Assembly (NCBI GenBank): GCA_041601615.1 | Contig: JBFIHX010000001.1 | Location: 192,001 to 256,000, forward strand | Direction: 5' to 3' | Source of the DNA: Thermoplasmatota archaeon | Lineage (GTDB): Archaea > Thermoplasmatota > E2 > JACPAO01 > JAHFTW01 | DNA length: 64,000 nt | Part shown: positions 38,845 through 47,520 of the stretch, piece after piece | How positions within the stretch are numbered: the stretch's first letter is position 1 | Layout of the letters: the number at the start of each line of letters is the position of its first letter | Program-made: the position numbers and the translations under genes | Notes under the pieces: model-generated | What the model saw: the letters and a program-made list of their open reading frames with translations, nothing else | What the model was told of the DNA's origin: nothing | Database searches by the model: none

Positions 38845-39977
38845 CCCCCGGAGCCGCTCCTCCCCTCCCCCACCCAACCAAGTAGCAAAACCGGCCCCGG
38901 CTCCCCATATAGCCTCTTTGAGGGAGCACCTTAAGCCGCCGAGCCACATCAAATGGGGTCCATGCGCCGCGCACGGATGGACCACGAGGCAGTCAGCCAA
39001 ACATTCGGATCATTGGTCGCCCTCACCGTCTTTCTTGGATTTTTTGGCGCCCTCATCATCGCCACCAGCGAACCAAGCACCAGCAACGTCAAAGACACCC
39101 AGAACCGCCTCGAAGCCGAACGCATCGCCGACCTGCTCGCTGGCAGCCCCGGCGTCGGCTGGGACACAGGTGCCGACAACCTAGCCCGCCTCGGCCTCGT
39201 CGACCCCGCCACCCACCAAATCAACTTAGCACACCTAGAAGCCCTCCGAGGAGCCAGCTACCAAGCCAACGCAAACAACGGAAAAGTGGACTACGAAGAA
39301 GCCCTTGCAAGCCTCGGACTGCCCACCGACGGCAGCCTCGGATTCCACCTACGCATGACACCCGTCGGCTTGCAACAACGACTCCAAACCGCCAGCCTTG
39401 CCCACATCGACACCGCCCTCATCGCCGATTGGGAAAACACACCGCGAACCTTCACCGTCACCCAATCCACGGATCAAACCATGGTCAACGACGCCCGCGC
39501 CCAAGTGGACGCTACCATCAGCTCCCTGACCCAACACGAACGCGACACCATCGCCAGCCTCGGCGTAGGCTACGACGACAATGTCAACCTATGGGGATTC
39601 ACCATCACCGCAGTCCACCCCATCACCGGCGCCAGCACGCCCCTCGCCGACGCAATGTCCGATCCAAGCCTCCTCGACGGCGACTTGTACATCGACGACA
39701 AACAATACCTTGCATTCCAACAAGCCTCCAGCAAAGGACTCCTCGAAGACCAACTGCCCGCCTACGAAGTGCTCATCATCGGCAGCACCGCCGCCCAATC
39801 CAGCCTCACCAGCAACAACGTCAAACAACCCATCGCAGACTGGGTCATCGCTGGAGGAACCCTCATGATCCTCGGAAGCAGCAGCCAAAACTACCAATGG
39901 CTCCAACCACTCTTCAGCGTCGGCACCACCACCGTCAACGCCGCCCCCGCAGCCCCCGACGTAAGCCACCCCATGCT
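38371..39977 (+). repeat. 68-bp identical block shared by paralogs 2 and 3 (38371-38438 and 39910-39977)
   Basis: CTCTTCAGCGTCGGCACCACCACCGTCAAC...CCCCATGCT is identical in both genes. Confidence 0.9.
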
Positions 39978-40383
39978 GCACGAACCCTACGAACTTGACT
40001 GGCCCAACTACGAACACTTCGGCATTGGCTGGGATCTCAAACAAAATGGCGCCCACGCAAGCTACGAGCAATTTCAACACGTCATCACCTCCGGCAACAA
40101 AGACCTACTGGCCGTCAGCAACGAAGGCGCCTTCGGAGCCGGCCGCGTGTTCCTGACCGCCTACCGACCTGAAGACATCTTCATCGACCAAGGCGCTCCA
40201 GAAGCCCACAACTTTCTCAACAACCTCGTCATCTTCGGTGATCGATCCTACCTCTACCTCGACTACGGCCCCACCCCACCCGACAACGCCATCGTGAGCG
40301 CAGCCGTACGCACCACCCAAATCCTCGACCCCAACCTAGGCATGATCAACATCCGCCTCACCATCCTCTACTGGGGCACCTAG
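38953..40383 (+). CDS. pilin-like protein with GATase-like domain (paralog 3)
   Basis: DHEA|VSQTFGSLVALTVFLGFFG; collinear with paralog 2; start could be a later Met. Confidence 0.8.
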   Translation: MGSMRRARMDHEAVSQTFGSLVALTVFLGFFGALIIATSEPSTSNVKDTQNRLEAERIADLLAGSPGVGWDTGADNLARLGLVDPATHQINLAHLEALRGASYQANANNGKVDYEEALASLGLPTDGSLGFHLRMTPVGLQQRLQTASLAHIDTALIADWENTPRTFTVTQSTDQTMVNDARAQVDATISSLTQHERDTIASLGVGYDDNVNLWGFTITAVHPITGASTPLADAMSDPSLLDGDLYIDDKQYLAFQQASSKGLLEDQLPAYEVLIIGSTAAQSSLTSNNVKQPIADWVIAGGTLMILGSSSQNYQWLQPLFSVGTTTVNAAPAAPDVSHPMLHEPYELDWPNYEHFGIGWDLKQNGAHASYEQFQHVITSGNKDLLAVSNEGAFGAGRVFLTAYRPEDIFIDQGAPEAHNFLNNLVIFGDRSYLYLDYGPTPPDNAIVSAAVRTTQILDPNLGMINIRLTILYWGT

Positions 40384-40391
40384 AGCAATCG

Positions 40392-40544
40392 TCACCAAAA
40401 CCGCAACACGTCACGAAACTGCAACGCCAAATACGCCGCAAACGCCGCCAAAAACAACAACAGCACAATCCGCACAAACCACACCGGCTCCTCCGGCCCC
40501 GCCGACCCCGCTGCATTCGCCGGCTCCGCTGCACGTTCGGCCAC
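40392..40544 (-). CDS. 50-aa single-TM microprotein (not in ORF track)
   Basis: Hand translation MAERAAEPANAAGSAGPEEPVWFVRIVLLLFLAAFAAYLALQFRDVLRFW*; TTTATAGG lies 21-28 nt upstream on the minus strand. Confidence 0.7.
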   Translation of the reverse strand: MAERAAEPANAAGSAGPEEPVWFVRIVLLLFLAAFAAYLALQFRDVLRFW

Positions 40545-40564
40545 GACCCGCCCAACGAACCATT

Positions 40565-40572
40565 CCTATAAA
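40565..40572. promoter_or_regulatory. TATA box, probably bidirectional (tyrS and microprotein)
   Basis: CCTATAAA ends 24 nt before the tyrS GTG; the same octamer lies 23 nt before the truA GTG (42518-42525, minus strand). Confidence 0.6.
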
Positions 40573-40595
40573 CCGCATCACCCTCCCCGTTCCTC

Positions 40596-41660
40596 GTGAC
40601 CAGCGACCGCCTCAAGGCCCTCGCGCAAGAGATCGTCAACGAGGACGAATTCGACGCCCTCCTGACCCAGGCCGCCACCGCCGAACACGACCGCGACCGC
40701 CCCCGCGCCTACATCGGCTTCGAACCCAGCGGTACTGCCCACATCGGCTGGATGGTCTGCACAGACACCATCAAAACACTCGTAGACGCCGGCTTCGACG
40801 TCACCATCCTACTTGCCGACTGGCACGCCCAAATCAACGACAAACTCGGAGGCGACCTACACGCCATTCGCCGCTGCGCCGAATACATGACCGACGCCTT
40901 CGAAGCCCTCGGCGTGGAGAAAACCAAGGTCACCTACCGCTTCGCCGCCGAATTTGCCCAAGACCCCGCCTACTGGGCAACCGTCATCCAAGTCGCCAAA
41001 CACACCACCCTCAAACGCATGCGCCGCGCCATGACCATCATGGGCCGCGCCGAAGACGAAGGCGACGGCGACATGAGCAAATTCCTCTACCCCGCCATGC
41101 AAGTCGCCGACATCTTCCACATGGACATCGACCTAGCATACGGCGGCATGGACCAACGCCACGCCCACATGCTCGCCCGCGACGTGGCCAAGAAACTCGG
41201 CACCAAAGCCCCCGTAGCATTCCACACCCCGCTTGTGCCCAACCTCAAGGGAGGTGCTGGGCGCATGGACCCCGCCGAAGCCAAAATGAGCAAAAGCGAC
41301 CCCACAAGCGGCATCTTCCTGCACGACGAAGCAGCACTCGTAACCAAGAAAATCCAGAAAGCCCACTGCCCCGCCAGCGAAAAAGAGGACAATCCCATCT
41401 TGGACCTCCTACGCCTCGTCATCTTCCCCCGCCTCCCCGACGGACTGCACATCGACCGCCCCGAGAAATTCGGCGGCCCCCTGCACTACCCCACCTTTGA
41501 TGCGGTCGAAACAGCGTTCGTTGGAGGCGAATTGCACCCCATGGACCTCAAGAACGGCGTCGGTGCTTCGCTGAATGCTATCTTGGAACCCGTGCGGGCC
41601 TACTTCGAGCACCACCCCGACAACTTGGCGTTCGTGGAGAGTTTGAAGAGGACCCGGTAG
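40596..41660 (+). CDS. tyrS: tyrosine--tRNA ligase (archaeal type)
   Basis: YIGFEPSGTAHIGW, YPAMQVADIF, GGMDQR, KMSKS, RPEKFGG, LHPMDLK. Confidence 0.97.
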   Translation: MTSDRLKALAQEIVNEDEFDALLTQAATAEHDRDRPRAYIGFEPSGTAHIGWMVCTDTIKTLVDAGFDVTILLADWHAQINDKLGGDLHAIRRCAEYMTDAFEALGVEKTKVTYRFAAEFAQDPAYWATVIQVAKHTTLKRMRRAMTIMGRAEDEGDGDMSKFLYPAMQVADIFHMDIDLAYGGMDQRHAHMLARDVAKKLGTKAPVAFHTPLVPNLKGGAGRMDPAEAKMSKSDPTSGIFLHDEAALVTKKIQKAHCPASEKEDNPILDLLRLVIFPRLPDGLHIDRPEKFGGPLHYPTFDAVETAFVGGELHPMDLKNGVGASLNAILEPVRAYFEHHPDNLAFVESLKRTR

Positions 41661-41665
41661 GCAAG

Positions 41666-41705
41666 ATTTCGTAATTTCGAAATCATGAAATTTCGCAATT
41701 GGTAA
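41666..41705. repeat. five degenerate 8-bp tandem units with embedded palindrome
   Basis: ATTTCGTA ATTTCGAA ATCATGAA ATTTCGCA ATTGGTAA; ATTTCGAAAT is a perfect palindrome. Confidence 0.7.
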
Positions 41706-41706
41706 T

Positions 41707-42495
41707 TCAGCTCTGCGACCCACGCACCGTCTGAACCACCTTCGACTGCACTTTCGTCACTTGCCACTGCCGGGCTAGGTCGCGCACTTGCACCTCTGCC
41801 GCTGCCGCGTCCCACGTTAGGCCGTGCTCCACGGAGACCAAGACCAGGCCCTCCGCTGGCGCCTTGCTGAAGGACTTGTGTTTGTGCTGGGTCGCTAAGC
41901 CGCTCCTGATGTCGGCCACCGCCGCGTCGCCACGACCCACCACAAGCGCGGCACTGACCATGCGGCGCACTTGATTCCAGAGGAAACTCTTGCCTTGGAC
42001 CGTAAACAGCCAGTCGGCACCATCCTGTTGCACCTCGCAACGCAATATTTCCCGCACGGGGTCGCGGTCCTCATCCAGTCGCGCAAAAGCCCCCATGTGG
42101 TGCTTGCCAAGAAACGCCGCGCACGCATCCTGCATCCGTTTCAGGTCCTCGCCCTGGCCCGGCGCATGGTAGTGGTAGGTGCGACTGGCTGCAAAACGCG
42201 GATTCCACTGTTCATCCACTTCGCACGCGGCGGTGAGCCAGAGGCCGTCGGGCAAATGCGCGCAAACGGCAGGCACGAGGCCGTTCAAGTGCTGGCGATC
42301 GAGTTGAGCGCCGAGCACATTCTCCAAGGCACTGACTCCCTTGTCCGTGCGGCTGCCACTGCGCAGAGAATCCTTTACGTATCCCTCCTTGCGAAGCCCC
42401 CGAATCAGCAGCGATTCCACAGTGTCCGGAATGGACGGATCGCGCTGATACGCGCCGAATCGACCGTCGTACGCAATGCGCAAGGCCACATGCAC
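41707..42495 (-). CDS. truA: tRNA pseudouridine(38-40) synthase
   Basis: LRIAYDG, GSRTDKGVSA, SFLWNQVRRMV, APAEGLVL; GTG start at 42495. Confidence 0.93.
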   Translation of the reverse strand: MHVALRIAYDGRFGAYQRDPSIPDTVESLLIRGLRKEGYVKDSLRSGSRTDKGVSALENVLGAQLDRQHLNGLVPAVCAHLPDGLWLTAACEVDEQWNPRFAASRTYHYHAPGQGEDLKRMQDACAAFLGKHHMGAFARLDEDRDPVREILRCEVQQDGADWLFTVQGKSFLWNQVRRMVSAALVVGRGDAAVADIRSGLATQHKHKSFSKAPAEGLVLVSVEHGLTWDAAAAEVQVRDLARQWQVTKVQSKVVQTVRGSQS

Positions 42496-42581
42496 GATGC
42501 GGCCACCCACGCCCAGATTTATAGGCCGTGGCGACGCCCGAAAACGGCCCCACCCAGTCGCATCGTGTCCCGATTGCCTAA

Positions 42582-43592
42582 ATGGACCCGCGCCCATTCC
42601 ACACCGTGTCCCGCGTCGTCGTTACCTGGACCCCGCAAGCCGGGGAACGCGAGGTCGTCGAAGAAAATCTTGGCGACGACGCAGAATGGGCCACGGACGG
42701 CGCGGACGCATGCAAAGCAGAGGGACTCCTGATGTTCTGGCCGCGCCAGGAACTTCGCGCGCTGGGCCTCGAATGGAACGAACTCGCTGCGGGATGGGTA
42801 AAACTTGCAACCGCCGGCGCCAACCACGTCGGCTGGCACCCCGGCCCACCCATGCCTGTCCTCACCACCCCCGGCGCCACGGCCCCAGCCATCGCCGAAT
42901 ACATCCTCGCCAACATTCTCTCCTGGACACGAGGACTCACCGCACACACGCGAAGCATCCGTGGCGGCCACTTTGAACAAGGAGCGCCCATACGCGGACT
43001 CTCCGAATTGCGCATCGGCCTCGTGGGCTACGGCGGCATCGGGCAAGAAACCGCCCGCATCTTGCACTTGCTTGGAGCAACCGTGGAAGCAGTCAGCCGC
43101 AGCGGCAAAACCACCTCCGAAGCAAGAAAGAACATCAGCCACCTTGCCACCATCCAGGAACTCCCCGCCATGGCCGGCCGCGTGGATGTGCTCGTGCTGT
43201 GCCTGCCGCTGCACAAAGACACCGTCGGCCTCGTAGATGCTGCCCTACTCGAAGCATTCGCAGACGGACTCCTTGTCAATGTGTCCCGAGGCCCCGTAGT
43301 CGACGAAGACGCCCTCTACACTTGGCTCCACACAGACAAAACCCGCCGCGCCGCCGCACTCGACGTATGGTGGCGCTACCCCCGCGGCATCGGCTGGCCC
43401 TTCCGACGCCCCTTCGACCAATTGCCCAACATCACCATGACCCCCCACAACAGCCCCAACATCGCAGGCTTCCGACTCGGCATGCTCGAGGCAGCATGCA
43501 AAGATATCCGCGCGCTGCTTGACGGCGGAGACCTTGCACATGTGGCAGACCCCGAGGCACACCGGTTGGAGATTGAAGGGGATGGGCGCTGA
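42582..43592 (+). CDS. D-isomer-specific 2-hydroxyacid dehydrogenase family protein
   Basis: GLVGYGGIG, NVSRGPVVDEDAL, AALDVWW, MTPHNS. Confidence 0.9.
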   Translation: MDPRPFHTVSRVVVTWTPQAGEREVVEENLGDDAEWATDGADACKAEGLLMFWPRQELRALGLEWNELAAGWVKLATAGANHVGWHPGPPMPVLTTPGATAPAIAEYILANILSWTRGLTAHTRSIRGGHFEQGAPIRGLSELRIGLVGYGGIGQETARILHLLGATVEAVSRSGKTTSEARKNISHLATIQELPAMAGRVDVLVLCLPLHKDTVGLVDAALLEAFADGLLVNVSRGPVVDEDALYTWLHTDKTRRAAALDVWWRYPRGIGWPFRRPFDQLPNITMTPHNSPNIAGFRLGMLEAACKDIRALLDGGDLAHVADPEAHRLEIEGDGR

Positions 43593-43605
43593 AGGCCGTG
43601 AAATC

Positions 43606-43897
43606 CTACAACCCCACCATCTTCATCGACATCTCTGCCACTCGACAGGCGTAGCCCCATCCATTCGACCTTCAAAAAGATCGACCATTTTGGGCGGCCC
43701 TCGCCCCGCTCGACCACCCGGGCAACGTCAACCTGCCATCTTCATCGCCATCTCTGCCACTCGACAGGCGTAGCCCCATCCATTCGACCTTCAAAAAGAT
43801 CGACCATTTTGGGCGGCCCTCGCTCCGCTCGACCACCCGGGCAACGTCAACCTGCCATCTTCATCGCCATTTCTGCGACCCGACACGCATACCCCCA
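43606..43897 (-). repeat. 119-bp period tandem array: two extra copies of the gap 3' end, each with a 68-bp spacer
   Basis: CCATCTTCATCG at 43617, 43736 and 43855; spacers 43660-43727 and 43779-43846 differ at one base. Confidence 0.95.
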
Positions 43898-44848
43898 TTC
43901 ATTGTCGTACCATGCGAGTACCTTGACCATGTCGTCATTGAGCTGGAGTGCCGGCAGGTCCACCACCGCGGACCTTGGATCATGCGTGAAGTCTACGGAC
44001 ACCAGCGGCGCCTCCTCGATACCCAGAATGCCCTCCATTGGCCCAAACGCGGCGGCCCGGAACGCTTCCTCTAGATCCTCCTTGCTTGGCGATCGTTTCA
44101 GATGGGCCGTGAGGTCAATGACGCTCACATCCGCCGTCGGTACGCGCAGAGATTGGCCCGTGATGCGGCCGTCCAAGTGGGGCAATATCTTGCCGATGGC
44201 TGCTGCGGCGCCGGTCTTTGTTGGAATCATGCTCAATAGGCTTCCACGGGCCCGGCGCAGGTCCTTGTGCGGTGCATCTGCGACGTGCTGGTCGTTGGTT
44301 ACCGCGTGCACCGTGGTCATCATGCCGCGATGGACTCCAAACGCATCGTCGAGGACCTTCAGAACGGGTGCTAGGCAATTTGTGGTGCAACTGGCGTTGC
44401 TGACCAAGTAGTGTTTGCTCGGGTCGTACTGGTCATCGTTGACGCCCCGCACCACCATGAGGTCTGTGTCTCCTGGCGCGGTGAGCAAAACTCGGTCCGC
44501 CCCTGCGTCTAGGTGCTTTTGCAGTGCTGGCCGCGTGGTGTGCCTGCCGCTTGCCTCGATCACCACTTGGGCGCCGAGATCTTGCCAGGGCAACTGGGCG
44601 GGATCAGGAATTTGCAGCACGCGTAGTCGGTCGCCGCCAATGACAAGCCCGTCGTCCGTTACTTCCACGGAGTCTGGGTAGCGGCCGTGCACGGAGTCAT
44701 AGCGAGTCAAATGCGCTAGAACTTCCTTGTCGGTCAGGTCGTTGACCGCCACGAAATCCACTGGACCCATTTGCTGCAACGCTCTCGTAACGAGTCGCCC
44801 GATGCGCCCAAAGCCGTTGATGCCGATGCGGGGCCCCTCGCCATTCAT
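43847..44848 (-). CDS. gap: type I (bacterial-type) glyceraldehyde-3-phosphate dehydrogenase
   Basis: GINGFGRIGR, SNASCTTNCLAP, TGAA, RVPT, WYDNEWGY. Confidence 0.95.
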   Translation of the reverse strand: MNGEGPRIGINGFGRIGRLVTRALQQMGPVDFVAVNDLTDKEVLAHLTRYDSVHGRYPDSVEVTDDGLVIGGDRLRVLQIPDPAQLPWQDLGAQVVIEASGRHTTRPALQKHLDAGADRVLLTAPGDTDLMVVRGVNDDQYDPSKHYLVSNASCTTNCLAPVLKVLDDAFGVHRGMMTTVHAVTNDQHVADAPHKDLRRARGSLLSMIPTKTGAAAAIGKILPHLDGRITGQSLRVPTADVSVIDLTAHLKRSPSKEDLEEAFRAAAFGPMEGILGIEEAPLVSVDFTHDPRSAVVDLPALQLNDDMVKVLAWYDNEWGYACRVAEMAMKMAG

Positions 44849-44985
44849 GCACTAGATTCGCCTTCCCGCGATGAAAAGCCTTGGGTCCGCGATGCTCCAC
44901 TTGGGCACGCAGCACATTGCAACTTGGGGCGAGCGGGCGTCCAACTGGGCCGTGAAGGGCCAAGCTCGGAGCTTCTGTTCGATTG

Positions 44986-45924
44986 CTAGTGCGCGGCTTG
45001 CTCTTCCAGCCACCGCTCGGCATCGATGGCCGCCTTGCAGCCACTACCTGCCGCGGTGATTGCTTGGCGGTAGCGGTGGTCGAACACGTCGCCAGCCACG
45101 AAGACGCCGGGAATGCTGGTGCGGGTCTGGTTGGTGCCCTCGGGAACCAAGTAGCCGGCTTCGTCCATGTGCAATTGGCCCTTGAACAGCTTCGTGTTGG
45201 GGTTGTGGCCGATGGCGACAAAGAAACCGTCCGCCGCCTGCTTGGTTTTCTCTTCCGTTTCGAGATTCACAATGGAGACACCCTCGACCTTGTCCTCTCC
45301 AAGCACTTCGTCGATGGCGCTGTTCCAGACGATGTCGATTTTTGGGTGTTCCATGGCGCGCTTGGCCATGATTTTGCTGGCACGGAACTCGTCCCGGCGG
45401 TGCACGATGGTGACCTTGGAAGCGTACTTGGTGAGGAACGTGGCTTCCTCCATGGCCGTGTCGCCTCCGCCCACGACGATGACTTCCTTGTCTTTGAAGA
45501 AGAAGCCGTCGCAGGTGGCGCAGGCGCTCACACCGCGGCCCATGAGGCGTTTTTCCGAATCGAGTCCGAGCCACTTGGCGCTGCTGCCGGTGGCGACGAT
45601 GACGGTCTTGCTGAGGTACACCTTGCCGCCGGCCTTGACTTGGAACGGTTTGACGCTAAAATCCACTTCCGTGGCGTCCTCTTCGACGAACGTGGCACCG
45701 AAGCGCTCCGCTTGGCGTCGCAGGTCCGCCATCATGTCTGGGCCCGTGATTCCGTCGGGGTATCCGGGGAAGTTTTCCACGTCGCTCGTCAACATCAACT
45801 GGCCGCCCGCCTCGAAGCCGGCAATCACCTTGGTCGATAGGTAGGCCCGGCTTGCATACAGGGCTGCAGTGCAGCCTGCGGGACCGCTGCCAATCACCAG
45901 GACGTCGAACACCTCGTCGCTCAC
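44986..45924 (-). CDS. trxB: thioredoxin-disulfide reductase
   Basis: IGSGPAG, VENFPG, SACATCDG, GGGDTAMEEA, AGDV, QAITAAGSG. Confidence 0.97.
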   Translation of the reverse strand: MSDEVFDVLVIGSGPAGCTAALYASRAYLSTKVIAGFEAGGQLMLTSDVENFPGYPDGITGPDMMADLRRQAERFGATFVEEDATEVDFSVKPFQVKAGGKVYLSKTVIVATGSSAKWLGLDSEKRLMGRGVSACATCDGFFFKDKEVIVVGGGDTAMEEATFLTKYASKVTIVHRRDEFRASKIMAKRAMEHPKIDIVWNSAIDEVLGEDKVEGVSIVNLETEEKTKQAADGFFVAIGHNPNTKLFKGQLHMDEAGYLVPEGTNQTRTSIPGVFVAGDVFDHRYRQAITAAGSGCKAAIDAERWLEEQAAH

Positions 45925-45993
45925 GACGCGTGCCAGTCCAGCATCGCCTTTGGCGGTTTGGGTCAGTGCCGGCCCATTCCGGAACCGAATCGC

Positions 45994-47109
45994 TCAGCGA
46001 GACTTGCCGCCAAACGCCTGCACAGCCGATTGCGCCTGGACGAGGCCGTATCCGGCGGCGCGGTCGTGGGGCGTGTCTTGGCCGTTCAATTCGAGCGCCG
46101 TGTCCATCAAGACGCGCTTGACTTGGTTCACTTCTGCGGCGTTGCGCAAGCGGGGTTTGTCCTCCAGCATCAGCGCAATGACTGCGGCCACGAAAGGAGT
46201 CGCCTGGCTGGTGCCGCTGGCGCGCACATATTGATCACCGCTCCAAGCGCTAAGAATGAATGTCCCAGGCGCCACGACCTCCGGCTTCTGATCCGGCGCG
46301 CATCGGCTCTGGTCCAGGATCGGGGCTGCATTGCAGCGGTTTTTGTCCGCGTCGCCTCGGTTGCTAAAGCTTGCCACGCGGCCATCGTCGTTCATGGCGC
46401 CCACGGCGATGACTTCAGGAATGCTGGCGGGAAACGCCACGTCGTCCGTGTCGGGGCCATCGTTGCCGGCAGCCGCAACCACCACGACGCCGCGGCTGAC
46501 CGCGCCTGCCACTGCTTCTTCCATGGCTTGCACGGCGGGGTCTTGACTTCCAAAGAACTCCTCCAGAAGCCCCTTTTGCAGGAGGCCTCCCAAGGAGAGA
46601 CTGATGATTTGGGCGTTGTGCTGGTTCACGGCCCAGTCCACGGCATCGGCGATCGCGTTGCCGTCGCAGGTTTCGCCCTTGGCATCGCAGACGCGAGCCA
46701 CAACGAGGCGCACATTGGGCGCGGCTCCGTAGAGATCGACGCCGCCGTTGACGAGCTTATCACCGAAGCTGCTGCCCTTGGCGCTGATGATGCCGGAAAC
46801 ATGGCTGCCATGCCCGTCCGGATCAAACGCCTCTGAAACCCCTTGCGCGGTGCCCAGGAAGTCTCGGAATGCAATGATTTCTCCGTTGGTCTCGTCGCCG
46901 TCCACAAGGTGATCGAGGCTCGGGTGCCGGGTGTCGATTCCGGTGTCCAGAATCGCAATGATGACGCCGGCTCCCGTGAGGCCGTCGGCGCGGACGGAGT
47001 CAATCTGGGTGACTTCAAAGGCCCACTCGGTGCGCTTCTCGCCGCCGACGCAACCGGAGATGGCCACCGTCAGAAGGGCGAGTGCGAGCACGGGGGCAAG
47101 CAGCTTCAT
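45994..47109 (-). CDS. S8 subtilisin-like serine protease, lipoprotein
   Basis: Lipobox ISGC; LDTG, GHGSHVSG, AAAGN, SGTSQATP. Confidence 0.93.
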   Translation of the reverse strand: MKLLAPVLALALLTVAISGCVGGEKRTEWAFEVTQIDSVRADGLTGAGVIIAILDTGIDTRHPSLDHLVDGDETNGEIIAFRDFLGTAQGVSEAFDPDGHGSHVSGIISAKGSSFGDKLVNGGVDLYGAAPNVRLVVARVCDAKGETCDGNAIADAVDWAVNQHNAQIISLSLGGLLQKGLLEEFFGSQDPAVQAMEEAVAGAVSRGVVVVAAAGNDGPDTDDVAFPASIPEVIAVGAMNDDGRVASFSNRGDADKNRCNAAPILDQSRCAPDQKPEVVAPGTFILSAWSGDQYVRASGTSQATPFVAAVIALMLEDKPRLRNAAEVNQVKRVLMDTALELNGQDTPHDRAAGYGLVQAQSAVQAFGGKSR

Positions 47110-47147
47110 CGGAACCTCCGATGGTCTTGTTGCTGAAACCTGTTGCG

Positions 47148-47486
47148 TCACAGGCCCATCATCAATGCCACGTCAGCGACCACCGGCATGCGGTAGCGTT
47201 CGCCGAGAAGGACCTTGAAGATTCCAATGAGCGCCAGCAGCGCGTAGAGGCCCGTGACAAGGAAGATGCCACCGATCATGATGGTCTCCACGATGCCCAC
47301 CTTGACAAGGAGCAGTACGATGAAGAACACCAGGAGAAGCACGAGCCAGAGTCCGAACAGAACGCCGCCCTGGCGGGCGTGGAACTGCAGGAAAATGCTG
47401 TCCTTCTTGACCTTCAAAGGAATGACGAAGAAGATCGCCAAGTAGCTCAGTACACCAAGTGCGCGTTCGCCGCCACTGATCCGCAT
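47148..47486 (-). CDS. DUF4870-like small membrane protein
   Basis: LSYL...FLQFHARQG...YRMPVV; 3 TMs. Confidence 0.75.
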   Translation of the reverse strand: MRISGGERALGVLSYLAIFFVIPLKVKKDSIFLQFHARQGGVLFGLWLVLLLVFFIVLLLVKVGIVETIMIGGIFLVTGLYALLALIGIFKVLLGERYRMPVVADVALMMGL

Positions 47487-47520
47487 GGACAGGCGTTCGA
47501 TTCGGGCGTGGTTCTTAGGG

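Noticed and set aside
43606-43897. CRISPR array or diversity-generating retroelement TR/VR
   Set aside because: The spacers are near-identical rather than unique, no cas or reverse transcriptase gene is present, and the differences are synonymous rather than adenine-specific.
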